A DNA stretch of 64,000 nucleotides from Bacteroidales bacterium (GTDB taxonomy: Bacteria; Bacteroidota; Bacteroidia; Bacteroidales; WCHB1-69). The stretch spans positions 59,467-123,466 of the forward strand of contig JAZQOJ010000201.1 of the NCBI GenBank assembly GCA_045627805.1, in the 5' to 3' direction. Within the stretch, counting starts at the first letter, position 1. Every line of letters starts with the position of its first letter. The translations under genes and the position numbers were made by a program. The notes under the pieces were generated by a model. The model made no database searches. It had not been told where the DNA came from and worked only from the letters and a program-made list of their open reading frames with translations. Positions 1 through 11,000 of the stretch are shown here, piece after piece.

Positions 1-1419
1 AATCGCTATCTGGTTAAGAATTTCGTGTCTCCTTTTTTCCTTACTTTTTTCCTTTCATTGCTCATCATTTTGATGCAATTTTTGTGGAAATATGTTGATG
101 ATTTGGTCGGAAAAGGTTTGGAATGGTATTTGATTCTTGAACTATTGTTCTATGCATCAGCAACTTTCGTATCGCTTGCCTTGCCGTTGGCCGTTTTGTT
201 GTCATCGCTGATGACTTTTGGAAATTTAGGTGAAAGGTACGAAATCGTCGCGATGAAGTCAGCGGGAATTTCAGTGATGACACTGATGAAACCGTTAGCT
301 TTCATTGCTTTGCTTATCTCCTGTTTTTCTTTTTGGTTTACGGATGCCGTAGTGCCTATTGCCAATGTGAAGTTGAGGACTCTTTTGTACGAAATCCGCG
401 AGCAAAAACCTTCTTTGAGCATTGAAGAAGGCGTTTTTTATGACGGTTTGGGCGATTATACGATAAGAATTGGCAAGAAACATCGCGACAATGTCAACAT
501 TGAGGATGTGCTCATTTACGATCATTCCAAGCGCCAAGGAAATATTACAGCTACTTACGCCAATCGTGGCACAATGACTATAACTCCTGATAAAAAGCAC
601 TTCATTTTTACGCTATATAATGGCTATTTCTGGGATGAGAGCCGTAATCAGAATAGCAATAAGGCCACTTGTCCCTTCTTTTATGCCAAATTTGACAAGC
701 AGTATATGCGTATTGATTTGTCTTCTTTTGAAATGCAAAAAATTGACGAATCTTTTTTCAAATCTAATAATAAATCATTGACATTGAAAGAATTAACGTC
801 TAGCATTGATACTATGAAGATGGAGTTGGAGGAAGTTCGTAAAAGTGTGTCGCGTAAATATTACGATCAGGCGGTTTATTATCGGAGTTATATCTTACCG
901 GAAAAGGATACGAAATTGGAAATGACGGAGGTCAAGCCCATTGATATTAATACTTATCCGATTGAAAATCAACGAGAAATAATGGATTTAGCGCAGCGTA
1001 AATCCTTAGATGTTTTGGGCTGTATGAACCCCGCACGCGATGTTTTCTCAATGAATCAAACCTCAATATATTTATACCAAATCGAGTGGCATAGAAAATG
1101 GGTTTTACCATTGGCTTGCTTCCTGTTTTTCTTTATCGGTGCTCCCCTCGGAACCATTATCCGAAAAGGAGGAATTGGTGTTCCTTTGGTGATTACCGTT
1201 GCTTTTTTTGCTTTTTATTTCGTAGTTTCCATTATTGGGGAGAAAATGGCGAAAAGCGGCGATCTTCCCGTCTGGTTTGGGATGTGGTTATCATCCTTCA
1301 TTATATTCCCGATGGGAATTTACCTAACTTACAAGGCAGCAATGGATTCGGCCATTATGTCGCCCGATACATATATGCAATTGTTTAAGAAAATTTCCGG
1401 ATTTTTCAAGAAAAAATGA
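1..1419 (+). CDS. LptF/LptG (YjgP/YjgQ) family permease; 5' end outside the window
   Basis: Frame 1 is open from base 1 (NRYLVKNFVSPFF...), so the GTG at 25 in the ORF track is probably internal. Shows TM helices, a long extracytoplasmic insert, then more TM helices, plus the MKSAGIS motif typical of the family. Confidence 0.8.
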   Translation, partial: NRYLVKNFVSPFFLTFFLSLLIILMQFLWKYVDDLVGKGLEWYLILELLFYASATFVSLALPLAVLLSSLMTFGNLGERYEIVAMKSAGISVMTLMKPLAFIALLISCFSFWFTDAVVPIANVKLRTLLYEIREQKPSLSIEEGVFYDGLGDYTIRIGKKHRDNVNIEDVLIYDHSKRQGNITATYANRGTMTITPDKKHFIFTLYNGYFWDESRNQNSNKATCPFFYAKFDKQYMRIDLSSFEMQKIDESFFKSNNKSLTLKELTSSIDTMKMELEEVRKSVSRKYYDQAVYYRSYILPEKDTKLEMTEVKPIDINTYPIENQREIMDLAQRKSLDVLGCMNPARDVFSMNQTSIYLYQIEWHRKWVLPLACFLFFFIGAPLGTIIRKGGIGVPLVITVAFFAFYFVVSIIGEKMAKSGDLPVWFGMWLSSFIIFPMGIYLTYKAAMDSAIMSPDTYMQLFKKISGFFKKK

Positions 1420-2618
1420 AAATACTGCAACTTTGTCATAAAACTCCTTATCCTCCTACGGATGGAGGGACCATCGCGATGAACAATATTACGCAAGGGC
1501 TCCTGCAGGAAGGGCATTCCGTTAAGGTTTTGGCGGTTGAAACGGCAAAGCATCCCGTAAAATGGAACGAAATGCCAGACGATTACAGGAAAATCGTCGA
1601 CTTTGAAAGCGTTTTCATTGATACTTCGCTTTCTGTTTGGGCAGCCGTGAAAACACTTTTTACGAAAGAATCCTATAACGTAAAACGTTTTTATTCAAAG
1701 AGTTTTGCAAATAAACTGACTGAAATTCTGCGCACGGATCATTATGATATCGTTCATCTGGAGTCTATATTTATGACGCCTTACATTGATGTTGTGCGTG
1801 CGTGTTCTTCTGCGAAAATCGTGCTGAGAACCCATAATGTGGAGCATAAGATATGGGAACGGATGGCTAAGAATGAGTCCAATATTTTCAAGAGATTGAT
1901 TTTGGACTATTTATCCAAGCAATTGAAAAGATATGAATGCGCTTTATCGGCAAAAATAGATGCCTTTGCTACCATTTCTGATCCGGACTATGCTTTTTTT
2001 GAAAATTGCTATAAAAATGTACCCGGAAAAGTCGTTCCATTTGGAATTGATTTGGATGAATATCCTGAAAATGAGAATTATATACCATCCGAAGAACCCG
2101 AATTTTTTCACGTGGGAAGTATGAATTGGCTGCCCAATATTGAAGGAATTAACTGGTTTTTGGACGATGTGTGGCCTTCTGTTGTGAGCCAGTTCCCGAA
2201 GGTGACTTTTACGATTGCGGGTCGATCAATACCGGAAAGTATCCGACAAAGAAATGACCAAAATGTGGTGATTGCGGGAGAGGTTCCATCCGCAAATGAC
2301 TTTATGGCAGCTCACGACATAATGATTGTTCCGCTTCTTTCGGGTAGCGGAATCCGAGTCAAAATCATTGAGGGAATGGCACTTGGCAAGACAATCATTA
2401 CCACATCAGTTGGCGCTGAGGGGCTTGCGGTAGAAAATGGCAAAAACATTCTGCTTGCCGACACTCCGGAAGAGTTTTCGGCAGCTATTGCCAAATGTGT
2501 GAATACCCCCGACTTGTGCACCATTCTGGGGGAAAACGCCCGGAATTTTGTGGCTCTCAATCATAATAATACCTTGATAACAAGAGAATTGATAGAATTT
2601 TATAATACCATTTTGTAA
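1416..2618 (+). CDS. Glycosyltransferase, GT4/GT-B type
   Basis: N-terminus MKILQLCHKTPYPPTDGGT and C-terminal E-x7-E-like region (KIIEGMALGKTIITTSVGAEGL) are typical of group-1 glycosyltransferases. The start overlaps the upstream stop (ATGA). Confidence 0.8.
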   Translation: MKILQLCHKTPYPPTDGGTIAMNNITQGLLQEGHSVKVLAVETAKHPVKWNEMPDDYRKIVDFESVFIDTSLSVWAAVKTLFTKESYNVKRFYSKSFANKLTEILRTDHYDIVHLESIFMTPYIDVVRACSSAKIVLRTHNVEHKIWERMAKNESNIFKRLILDYLSKQLKRYECALSAKIDAFATISDPDYAFFENCYKNVPGKVVPFGIDLDEYPENENYIPSEEPEFFHVGSMNWLPNIEGINWFLDDVWPSVVSQFPKVTFTIAGRSIPESIRQRNDQNVVIAGEVPSANDFMAAHDIMIVPLLSGSGIRVKIIEGMALGKTIITTSVGAEGLAVENGKNILLADTPEEFSAAIAKCVNTPDLCTILGENARNFVALNHNNTLITRELIEFYNTIL

Positions 2619-4525
2619 TGATTGACTCCAAGTATAAATATCTATCGCAGATCAATAGTCCAGCTGACCTCCGTCGCTTGAAGGTGACGGAACTGCCTGC
2701 GTTGTGTGCTGAATTGCGAGATTTTATCATTACAGAAACCGCTGAAAATCCTGGCCATCTCGGCGCCAGTTTGGGAACGATTGAACTGACTGTCGCCATC
2801 CACTATGTGTTTGATACTCCGAATGATAAACTTGTTTGGGATGTTGGGCATCAGGCCTATGCGCATAAAATCCTTACCGGTCGGCGAGATTTGTTTCACA
2901 CGAATCGTAAATATCACGGAATCAGTGGATTCCCGAAAATGACCGAAAGCGAATACGATGCTTTTGGTACGGGACATTCCTCTACCTCCATCTCATCGGT
3001 GCTGGGAATGGCGGTGGCAGGGCACCTCGCAAATGACAACCAAACCAACTATATTGCGGTTATTGGTGACGGTTCTATGGGGGGCGGTATGGCTTTTGAG
3101 GCGTTGAATCACGCTGCGGAGACCAATGCTAACCTACTTATTATCTTGAATGATAATAAAATAGCAATTGATAAGAACGTGGGTGCGATGAGCCGTTATT
3201 TGCTTAAGATTACTTCTTCTTCCTCGTACAATCGTTTGAAAAGTAAAATCTGGAATTTCTTTACCACTCGAAAGCCCATTCATAATCGGATTGTTCAGTT
3301 TTTTAGTAATTTAGGCAATGCTTTAAAGGGTTATTTATTGCGGGGAAGCAACCTGTTTCAGGCCCTCGGTTTTCGCTATTTTGGCCCAATGGATGGGCAT
3401 AATGTCATTTCCTTGGTCAAGACGCTGCAATCCTTAAAAACCATTCAAGGGGCGAAACTGCTGCACGCGATCACGGTAAAGGGAAAGGGGCTGGCGCTTG
3501 CCGAGGAGAACCAAACTATTTACCACGCCCCAGGCAAGTTTGATCCCGATACTGGAGAATTGGTTGACACTTATAAAGAAGGTCAACCTCCTAAGTACCA
3601 GACTGTTTTTGGCGAAACAGTGTTGGAATTGGCTCGCCAGAATGAAAAAGTGGTAGGCATCACTCCTGCAATGGCTACGGGATGCTCGCTCAATATTATG
3701 AGCGCCGTTTTCCCGAACCGCGTGTTTGACGTTGGCATTGCGGAGCAACACGCAGTAACCTTCGCTGCTGGCCTCGCGTCACAAGGTTTCATTCCATTTT
3801 GTAATATCTATTCTTCGTTCCTGCAACGAGCTTACGATCAGATAATTCACGATGTGGCTTTACAAAAGCTGCCCGTTATTTTTTGCATTGATCGTGCGGG
3901 TTTGGTGGGCGAAGATGGCGCTACGCATCACGGTCTTTTTGACCTCGCCTTTTTGAGGGCGATTCCCAATATCATCATTTCCGCACCGCGTAATGTGCTG
4001 GAACTTCGCAATTTGCTTTATACTGCTTATCTTCATCGCGATTTGCCGTTCGCCATTCGTTACCCGCGGGGTAGGGGAGAGTTTTCCGAATGGAAAAAGC
4101 CGTTTGAAGAAATAGAAATCGGTAAAGCTGAAGTGCTGAAAACCGGTTCGCAAATAGCGATTCTTTCTATAGGTTCGATTGCCAATAATGTTCAAAAAGC
4201 ATTGCAAATAGTTGAAAAAGAAGGTATTAATCCTGCACACATTGATATGAGGTTCCTTGTTCCTTTCGACGAGGAAATGTTGTTGTCGGTGGCAGAAAAA
4301 TATCAGGCCATCATCACGGTGGAAGATGGCATAGAACAAGGAGGTCTTTTCTCAGCGGTATCCGAATATTTTGCGCAACATCATTTGCCTCAGCAAATTA
4401 CGCCAATAGCGATTCATCATTGTTTTGTGGAGCAGGGAGATATTCCTTCCTTGCAGGCGGAGCAACTCCTGGACCCGCAAAGCATCGCCGATAAAATTCG
4501 TTCTATTCATACTTTTTCTAATTAA
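2618..4525 (+). CDS. dxs: 1-deoxy-D-xylulose-5-phosphate synthase
   Basis: 635 aa. ThDP-binding motif GDGSMGGGMAFEALN, DVGIAEQHAVTFAAGLA pyrimidine-binding region and a transketolase-like C-terminus. The start overlaps the upstream stop. Confidence 0.95.
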   Translation: MIDSKYKYLSQINSPADLRRLKVTELPALCAELRDFIITETAENPGHLGASLGTIELTVAIHYVFDTPNDKLVWDVGHQAYAHKILTGRRDLFHTNRKYHGISGFPKMTESEYDAFGTGHSSTSISSVLGMAVAGHLANDNQTNYIAVIGDGSMGGGMAFEALNHAAETNANLLIILNDNKIAIDKNVGAMSRYLLKITSSSSYNRLKSKIWNFFTTRKPIHNRIVQFFSNLGNALKGYLLRGSNLFQALGFRYFGPMDGHNVISLVKTLQSLKTIQGAKLLHAITVKGKGLALAEENQTIYHAPGKFDPDTGELVDTYKEGQPPKYQTVFGETVLELARQNEKVVGITPAMATGCSLNIMSAVFPNRVFDVGIAEQHAVTFAAGLASQGFIPFCNIYSSFLQRAYDQIIHDVALQKLPVIFCIDRAGLVGEDGATHHGLFDLAFLRAIPNIIISAPRNVLELRNLLYTAYLHRDLPFAIRYPRGRGEFSEWKKPFEEIEIGKAEVLKTGSQIAILSIGSIANNVQKALQIVEKEGINPAHIDMRFLVPFDEEMLLSVAEKYQAIITVEDGIEQGGLFSAVSEYFAQHHLPQQITPIAIHHCFVEQGDIPSLQAEQLLDPQSIADKIRSIHTFSN

Positions 4526-4532
4526 ATTTGCG

Positions 4533-4540
4533 TATCTTTG
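4533..4540 (+). promoter_or_regulatory. Candidate Bacteroidota -7 box (TATCTTTG)
   Basis: Matches TAnnTTTG and lies 18 nt upstream of the ATG at 4558. No clear -33 TTTG at the canonical spacing. Confidence 0.4.
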
Positions 4541-4557
4541 CACCCCTTTTCAATAGA

Positions 4558-5484
4558 ATGACAATGAAAATAAAGAGCACTTCCCGGTTTCTCTTGGTGA
4601 TGGCGGCACTTGCTTGCTGCTTGTTTGCGTGTGCTCCCAAAATTTCGGAGGAAAAGGAGGAGGTGGTGGAGGAATATCCGCGAATCGTCATTGATTCTTT
4701 ATTGGGAGAAAATCCGAAATTGTACGAACTCTCGGAGGATTTCATCGAGGATTTTTTGCAAAAGTTCGGCAATTATGAAGGAACAAAAATGATTATGAAT
4801 GTTGAGCTCCCACGGGAATGGGGGCTCGTGGGATGGGAACAATTGCCAGAGGGTCAGGAATTGTGGCTGGTGCAGTCACTCTCTCGTGAATGGACTTGCC
4901 TGGTAGTAACGTCGGGTTCCAGCACACAGCGCATTAAGGACATCCTCCCTATCGGGCTGGATCTTGCAACGGGTGGCAACGATTACAATCAGCGAGAGCT
5001 CTGGACTTGGAAGCGTGAGGACGATGGCTTCGTGGTTGACAAATTCTATGAATTGAAAAAAGACATTCGCGACACGCTCCTGAATAATGAGTCTTCGCAC
5101 GTAGTTGACAAGTACCTTGTAAACGAGTCGGGTTATTTTGAATGGGTTCCCGTTTCCTGCGAGGAAACGCCCTCTTATCGTGCCGTTGTCGCCTACTGTG
5201 ATTGTCTGGAAACCCCTGAGAATTGGGAAGATTTGCTGATGGAAATTGAGCCGTTCTGTGAGGAAAACAACCTCTATTTCAAATCGGCTACTTGCAATTT
5301 CCGCCACGTGACCATAGAGGATTATAAGATGAACAATGTCGTTACCAAAGACCTCTCTTCATATATTCACGAAGGAGCAGCTGGATTTATTCTGTTTTCT
5401 CAAGATTCCGAGCCGATTACCGTCGCTCCCGCAAGTAGTGATTACATTATGATGACAATTAATAAGTATTTCAAAATTAAATAG
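4558..5484 (+). CDS. Hypothetical lipoprotein
   Basis: From ATG 4558 the N-terminus is MTMKIKSTSRFLLVMAALACCLFAC-APK (lipobox-like). The longer track ORF (4528) would contain the -7 box. No recognised domain. Confidence 0.6.
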   Translation: MTMKIKSTSRFLLVMAALACCLFACAPKISEEKEEVVEEYPRIVIDSLLGENPKLYELSEDFIEDFLQKFGNYEGTKMIMNVELPREWGLVGWEQLPEGQELWLVQSLSREWTCLVVTSGSSTQRIKDILPIGLDLATGGNDYNQRELWTWKREDDGFVVDKFYELKKDIRDTLLNNESSHVVDKYLVNESGYFEWVPVSCEETPSYRAVVAYCDCLETPENWEDLLMEIEPFCEENNLYFKSATCNFRHVTIEDYKMNNVVTKDLSSYIHEGAAGFILFSQDSEPITVAPASSDYIMMTINKYFKIK

Positions 5485-5487
5485 TTT

Positions 5488-7008
5488 ATGAAAGCACAGA
5501 CTAAGCAAGAAGATTTTGCAATGAACATGAATTCGGTGGTTAAGTATCTTAAGAAATCACCTAAGGATTTTACAAAGGCAGATATGATTCGTTTCGTGGA
5601 AGAAAACGAAATCCAAATGATTAATTTCCGTTATGTTGCGGGCGATGGCCGTCTGAAAACACTTAATTTCGTTCTGAATGACCGCGACTATCTTGAACAA
5701 ATTCTCTCTTGCGGAGAGCGTGTTGATGGCTCCAATATCTTCCCCGCTTTCATTCACGCTGGCTCCAGCGATATGTATGTGATTCCTCGTTTTCAGACCG
5801 CTTTCGTTGATCCTTTCGCTTCCATTCCTACGCTTTCTTTCCTCTGTTCCTACTTCAATAAGGATGGTCAGCCGATGGAAAACTCACCGGAATACATCCT
5901 TCGCAAGGCGGCTCAGTCCTTCAATCGCGTTACGGGTATGGAATTCCAGGCGATGGGCGAATTGGAATATTATGTGATCGGTGATCGCGATGATCTCTAC
6001 CTCACTCCCGACCAGAAAGGTTACCACGAATCTACTCCTTTTACCAAGTTTGAAGAATTCCGTACACAATGTATGCTCGCTATCGCACAGGTGGGCGGTC
6101 TGATTAAGTATGGTCACTCTGAAGTAGGCAACTTTACATTGGAAGACAAGATTTACGAGCAGAATGAGATTGAATTCCTCGTTACTGATGTACAAGATGC
6201 TGCTGATCAGCTGGTGCTTGCTAAATGGATTATCCGTAACTTGGCTTACCAGTACAACCTCGATGTCACGTTCGCTCCCAAAATCACTGCCGGGAAGGCG
6301 GGTAGCGGTCTGCATATTCACACCCGCATCGTGAAGGGCGGCAAGAACCAGATGGTTACCAAGGGGAAATTGAACTCCATCGCCAAGAACGCAATCGCAG
6401 GTTATATGACTTGCGCATCCTCTTTGACAGCTTTCGGCAATACCAATCCTACCTCTTATTTCCGTCTCGTTCCTCATCAGGAAGCTCCTACTTCCATCTG
6501 TTGGGGCGACCGCAACCGTTCCGTTCTGGTGCGCGTTCCGCTTGGCTGGACAAGCGCTAACGATATGGTGGCAATGGCTAATCCCAAAGAGAAAGCCAAC
6601 AATACGGATCATTCGCAAAAGCAAACGGTTGAGTTCCGTTGCCCGGATGGTTCTGCCGATATCTATCTCCTTCTTGCAGGTCTCGTAGTAGCCGCACGCC
6701 ACGGTTTTGAAATGGAAAAACCGCTTGAATTGGCTGAAAAAACCTACGTTGATGTCAACATCCATAAAACTGAAAACAAAGCCAAATTGGAAAGCTTAGA
6801 CCAGCTTCCCGCCTCCTGCTCTGAATCCGCCGACCAACTTTCAGAACACAGAAGCATCTTTGAAAAGTACGGCGTGTTCAACCCCGATATGATTGACGAT
6901 ATCATCAAGCAGTTGAAATCCTTTGAGGATGCTGACATCCGCGAGCGCATCGCTAAGAATCCTGACTTGATGCTTGAAATCGTTCACCAATATTTCTATT
7001 GCGGCTAA
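5488..7008 (+). CDS. glnA: Glutamine synthetase (about 500-aa form)
   Basis: GS motifs are present: KYGHSEVGN, FAPKITAGKAGSGLHIHT, NPTSYFRLVPHQEAPTSICWGDRNRSVLVRVP. Confidence 0.85.
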   Translation: MKAQTKQEDFAMNMNSVVKYLKKSPKDFTKADMIRFVEENEIQMINFRYVAGDGRLKTLNFVLNDRDYLEQILSCGERVDGSNIFPAFIHAGSSDMYVIPRFQTAFVDPFASIPTLSFLCSYFNKDGQPMENSPEYILRKAAQSFNRVTGMEFQAMGELEYYVIGDRDDLYLTPDQKGYHESTPFTKFEEFRTQCMLAIAQVGGLIKYGHSEVGNFTLEDKIYEQNEIEFLVTDVQDAADQLVLAKWIIRNLAYQYNLDVTFAPKITAGKAGSGLHIHTRIVKGGKNQMVTKGKLNSIAKNAIAGYMTCASSLTAFGNTNPTSYFRLVPHQEAPTSICWGDRNRSVLVRVPLGWTSANDMVAMANPKEKANNTDHSQKQTVEFRCPDGSADIYLLLAGLVVAARHGFEMEKPLELAEKTYVDVNIHKTENKAKLESLDQLPASCSESADQLSEHRSIFEKYGVFNPDMIDDIIKQLKSFEDADIRERIAKNPDLMLEIVHQYFYCG

Positions 7009-7026
7009 TCCTAATACATATATTAT

Positions 7027-7542
7027 ATGACTCCTCTTGTGATTGTTTTGGTAGCGGTTTTGCCCGCACTGATTATTGCCCTGACGGCTTTCCTCATCGT
7101 GAAATATTTTGTGGAAAACGATCAGAAGAAACGGCTTTTGGAATTGAAATACGAGTCCAAGAACATTACGATTCCGATTCGGTTGCAGGCCTACGAGCGT
7201 ATGGCGATGTTCCTTGAACGCATTGATCCGCCGCAGTTGCTCTTCCGTGTCAATAATCCCGAACTGACCGCATACCAGATGCAGACGATATTGCTGTCCA
7301 CAATTAGAAGCGAGTTCGAGCATAATATGTCGCAGCAGGTGTACATTGCTCCCGATGTGTGGGAGGGTATCCGCAACGCCAAGGAGATGGTGGTGAATGT
7401 GATCAACCTCGCAGGAGGTCGCTTGCCCGACGAGGCCACAGCTACCGATCTCGCTGCCTCTATTCTGGAGGCCGTCGCCGAGAAGTCCCCTATCTCAGTG
7501 GCTATGGAACGCCTCAAAAAAGAGGTAGCCCTACTATATTAA
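7027..7542 (+). CDS. Hypothetical N-terminally anchored protein
   Basis: N-terminal TM helix (MTPLVIVLVAVLPALIIALTAFLIV) followed by a soluble, probably helical domain. No family recognised. Confidence 0.55.
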   Translation: MTPLVIVLVAVLPALIIALTAFLIVKYFVENDQKKRLLELKYESKNITIPIRLQAYERMAMFLERIDPPQLLFRVNNPELTAYQMQTILLSTIRSEFEHNMSQQVYIAPDVWEGIRNAKEMVVNVINLAGGRLPDEATATDLAASILEAVAEKSPISVAMERLKKEVALLY

Positions 7543-7569
7543 TTAATTAGTGCACTTTCCTTATATAAA

Positions 7570-7603
7570 GGGCGTCGTCTATCTCAGACACGCCCTTTTT
7601 TTT
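7570..7603 (+). terminator. Rho-independent terminator
   Basis: GGGCGT (7570-7575) pairs with ACGCCC (7590-7595) and is followed by T8. Confidence 0.8.
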
Positions 7604-7856
7604 GTCAATGTTTCAAAACATTTGTTGGTGTCTGTTTTTATTCAAAAATGAGTCAATTTTTTATCGTTTTAACCCCTCGAAACAAAATATTTATTAAACA
7701 AGAGCTGTGAATATTAATGTTAATGAATTCAGTAAATTACTGATATACAAACGTATAAAATTGTGTTGATAAGCTGTTCAAAACCTCGGAAATGGTTGAT
7801 AAACAAAAACTCTCAAAAAAAATATATATAAGTGAATGTGCGAAGTTATTTTTTTG

Positions 7857-7864
7857 TATTTTTG
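7857..7864 (+). promoter_or_regulatory. Candidate -7 box (TATTTTTG) for the giant gene
   Basis: TAnnTTTG match in the 420-bp AT-rich gap, about 160 nt upstream of ATG 8023. The -33 element is unclear. Confidence 0.4.
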
Positions 7865-8022
7865 CAAGTTGAATATATTAAAGTGAAAAAAAGGTTTGAA
7901 TGATGAGTTCAAGCATAAAAATTTATGAAAAACGATGTATAACTGTTTAATAATCAGTGTATAAAAAATATAGAATTTATTAGGAAAATAAAAAATATAT
8001 AGTAATAATTAAAATCAAAGCA

Positions 8023-8085
8023 ATGAAAAAATTTACGATTTTTTTCCTGATGGTGTTTATCTTTTTAGGAAATCAGGCACGAAGC
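8023..8085 (+). other. Sec signal peptide of the giant protein
   Basis: MKKFTIFFLMVFIFLGNQARS followed by ETVF: a basic N-region, a hydrophobic core and small residues at the cut site. Confidence 0.75.
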
Positions 8086-11000
8086 GAGACAGTATTCTCG
8101 CCGAGTAGTGGTGCCAAAAACGGTTCCAAGGCGATAGTAGGAACCAAGTACAGCAACTACTCATCCGCCTACACTTCGGAAAAATCTGTTTACAACTATA
8201 CCAACCGCTCCGGTTCGGTATATGGGGTTAAAGGTCCTCGGGGAACACACAATGCTACTGTGGCCATTGAAGGTCCACATTATGCGTGTTCGGCCGCGGA
8301 ACTTATCCTGACAGCAATGGTCTCCGACAACAACGTCCTTGACACTACTCAGTATGGTTTTGTCTGGGAAATGTCTGACGATGGAGGCCACACCTGGAAC
8401 GCTGCCCCCCACGCAACGTCAAATCCGGTTTACCACGAACCGGTGGCAACGTTTGCGGATGGCTTGGTGATGTTCCGCGTGTATGTCACGAGCTACCCCA
8501 ACGGTCTTTGCCATAAGGATACATCCGCCGTCTTCTATTTTCAGAAGACAACCCCTGGCGCTGTCACCGTCACGGGTGAGTCTCCTGCGTGTAGCCAGTC
8601 GCTGTTGACAGCTACTACCACCAGCCCGGCCAATGTTGATCACTGGGTATGGAAGAAGGATGGTTCCACCGTGGCGATTACCACCGAACCCACTTACCTT
8701 GCAACCGCTGCTGGTAGCTATACCGCAACTGCCGTTTATGAAGGTGCCGAAAATTGTGACGATACTACCACGACAGCTTTCTCTCTCGTGATGGGTGGTA
8801 CTGGCATAGATCTGACCGCGAAGTTGGACGGCGATTTTTCTGCTGCCGACTATTATCAGTATGGCTGTCCGGGTGCACAGGTTAGACTTACCGCTACCGA
8901 TGGTCACGCTCCTTACAAATGGTATCGTGATGGTGTTCTCATTGGAGAAAGCAACTCCAATGTTTTCTATGATGCTCCGATGACCGTCGGTACTCATCAT
9001 TATACGGTTGAAAACGCTTTGGGTTGTGCTGGCACAGCAGACTTCAAAATCGTTGCTAACCCCACGGTCGTGATTGGCTCAACAGGAGGCGTACATTATT
9101 GTACGAACACAACTGCTAATGTTACCTTATGGTCTTCAGTACCTAGCGAACATTTTGCAACGGATTTATATACTTATGGATGGGTAAGAGATGGAATGGC
9201 ATATTCTAGTGTGGGTGCGTCCTATTTTACAGATAACGTTGCTCCTAATGACGATCCGATCACTTACGTTCTTCAACTTACAGATGCCGCTCGTAGTTGT
9301 AGCGCCATTAGTAACGAGGTACAAGTTTATGTGCATCCTATGCCCGGTGTTGAGATTGTTGCCAATCCGAATCCGGTTTGCTCGGGTGCTAACGTTGAAC
9401 TTAACGCAGTGACTTCCGGTTACGTTACCACGGCTCCGACTTTCCATTGGTCAAATGGCATCACCGATACTACTGCAAATGTAGTACTCGAAAATGTAAC
9501 GGCTGCGACTACTGTCACGGTTACCGTTACCGGTGCTCGTCCTTCAATGGAATGCACTGCTCAAGCTGACGTGGACATCACCTTGCTTCCGGAAATGGAA
9601 ACCCCTGTGGTGACCATTACCGATCCTACAACAGGTGTGGCCGGCGTTCTCGCTTGTAACGATGCTCAAGTTCGTGTTACTGCTACGGGTCTCTCCGCTT
9701 CACGTACCGACTATATATATACATGGTATAAGAATGGTGTTCTTATGCCTGGTGTTACCGATTCGACTTTTATGGATGAGTTGAACAATACTGCCAATGA
9801 GTCCATTGAAGTAGAATACACGGTAGAGCTCACCTCTACTTCTGGTTGTGGCACCAAGCGAAGCTCGAAGACCATTGAGTTGTTGCCGAAGTTCGATTTG
9901 TACATCACAGGTCCTAACCACGCTTGTGCAGGCACGGAAGTAACACTCACGGTGGGTGCATCAACGGATCCTATTTCGTTGACATTGGCCACGGGTGCTG
10001 AATATGATTGGTATATGGATGATAATACATCATTTGCCCATACAGTTACTGGCGAAGTCACTATTGACGCTGCTTCTATGATTGCTCAGTCTCAGCCTTA
10101 TCAGATTTATGCAATCGCTACATATGCAATCGCTCCTAAAATGTTAGGGTGCAAAGTGGTTTCAACTACTAACTTCCAACTCCAGGTTGACCCGCAGCCC
10201 GCTATCACATTGTCTGCTTCTGACACTATCATTTGCAATGATGGTTCTGTCACTTTGACTGTTAGCGACTGCCGCAATTGCGATGTCCAGAACGCTGCTT
10301 ATAAATGGGTAAGAAATACAACCGATACAGTTGCTGGTGCCATTGGTTCTTCCTTCACTGATACTCCTGACGCTGCTACTGATTATGAAGTTATTTTCTA
10401 TCAACACTATTCAGATGATCAGCTCAGCTCTGCTTCTTCTTGCACAGCTCACAGCACCATCCACGTTGATGTGGTTGCAGCCCCTGAGGTCGCTTCCATT
10501 ACTCTCGATCCTAATGCTGACACTGTTTGCAGTGGTACTGAAATCACCATCACTGCAGATACTACTATATATAATAATGTAGCCAATGGTCATTTCACTT
10601 GGTACAGAAATGGTGAATTGATGAACGGTGTTCAAGGCGCTTCTTTCACTGAAACCTTAACTGCTGAAGGTTCCGCTGCTTCATATTATTATACAGCTGT
10701 TTATACTCAGGATGCTTCTGGCTGCGTTTCTGAAAGCAAATATAGCGATACGATTCAGGTTCGCCCGATGCCTACGGTTACCATTACGGGTGCTCCCGTA
10801 GTTTGCAAAGGCACTGACAATGTGATTTTGACTGCAAATCTTAATGATACTTATGGTGCTACTTATAATTATCAATGGCGTCGCCATAATGTAAATGTTG
10901 GCACTAACTCCAATACACTCACTCTTACTGAGGATGCTCGCAATTATGCTTACGAATATTCTGTAGTTGTAACCAATGCAGCTACGGGTTGTTCTGTTAT

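Noticed and set aside
5884-6765. A 293-aa minus-strand ORF.
   Set aside because: It is antisense to glutamine synthetase, which has clear family motifs. The antisense product has no recognisable features.
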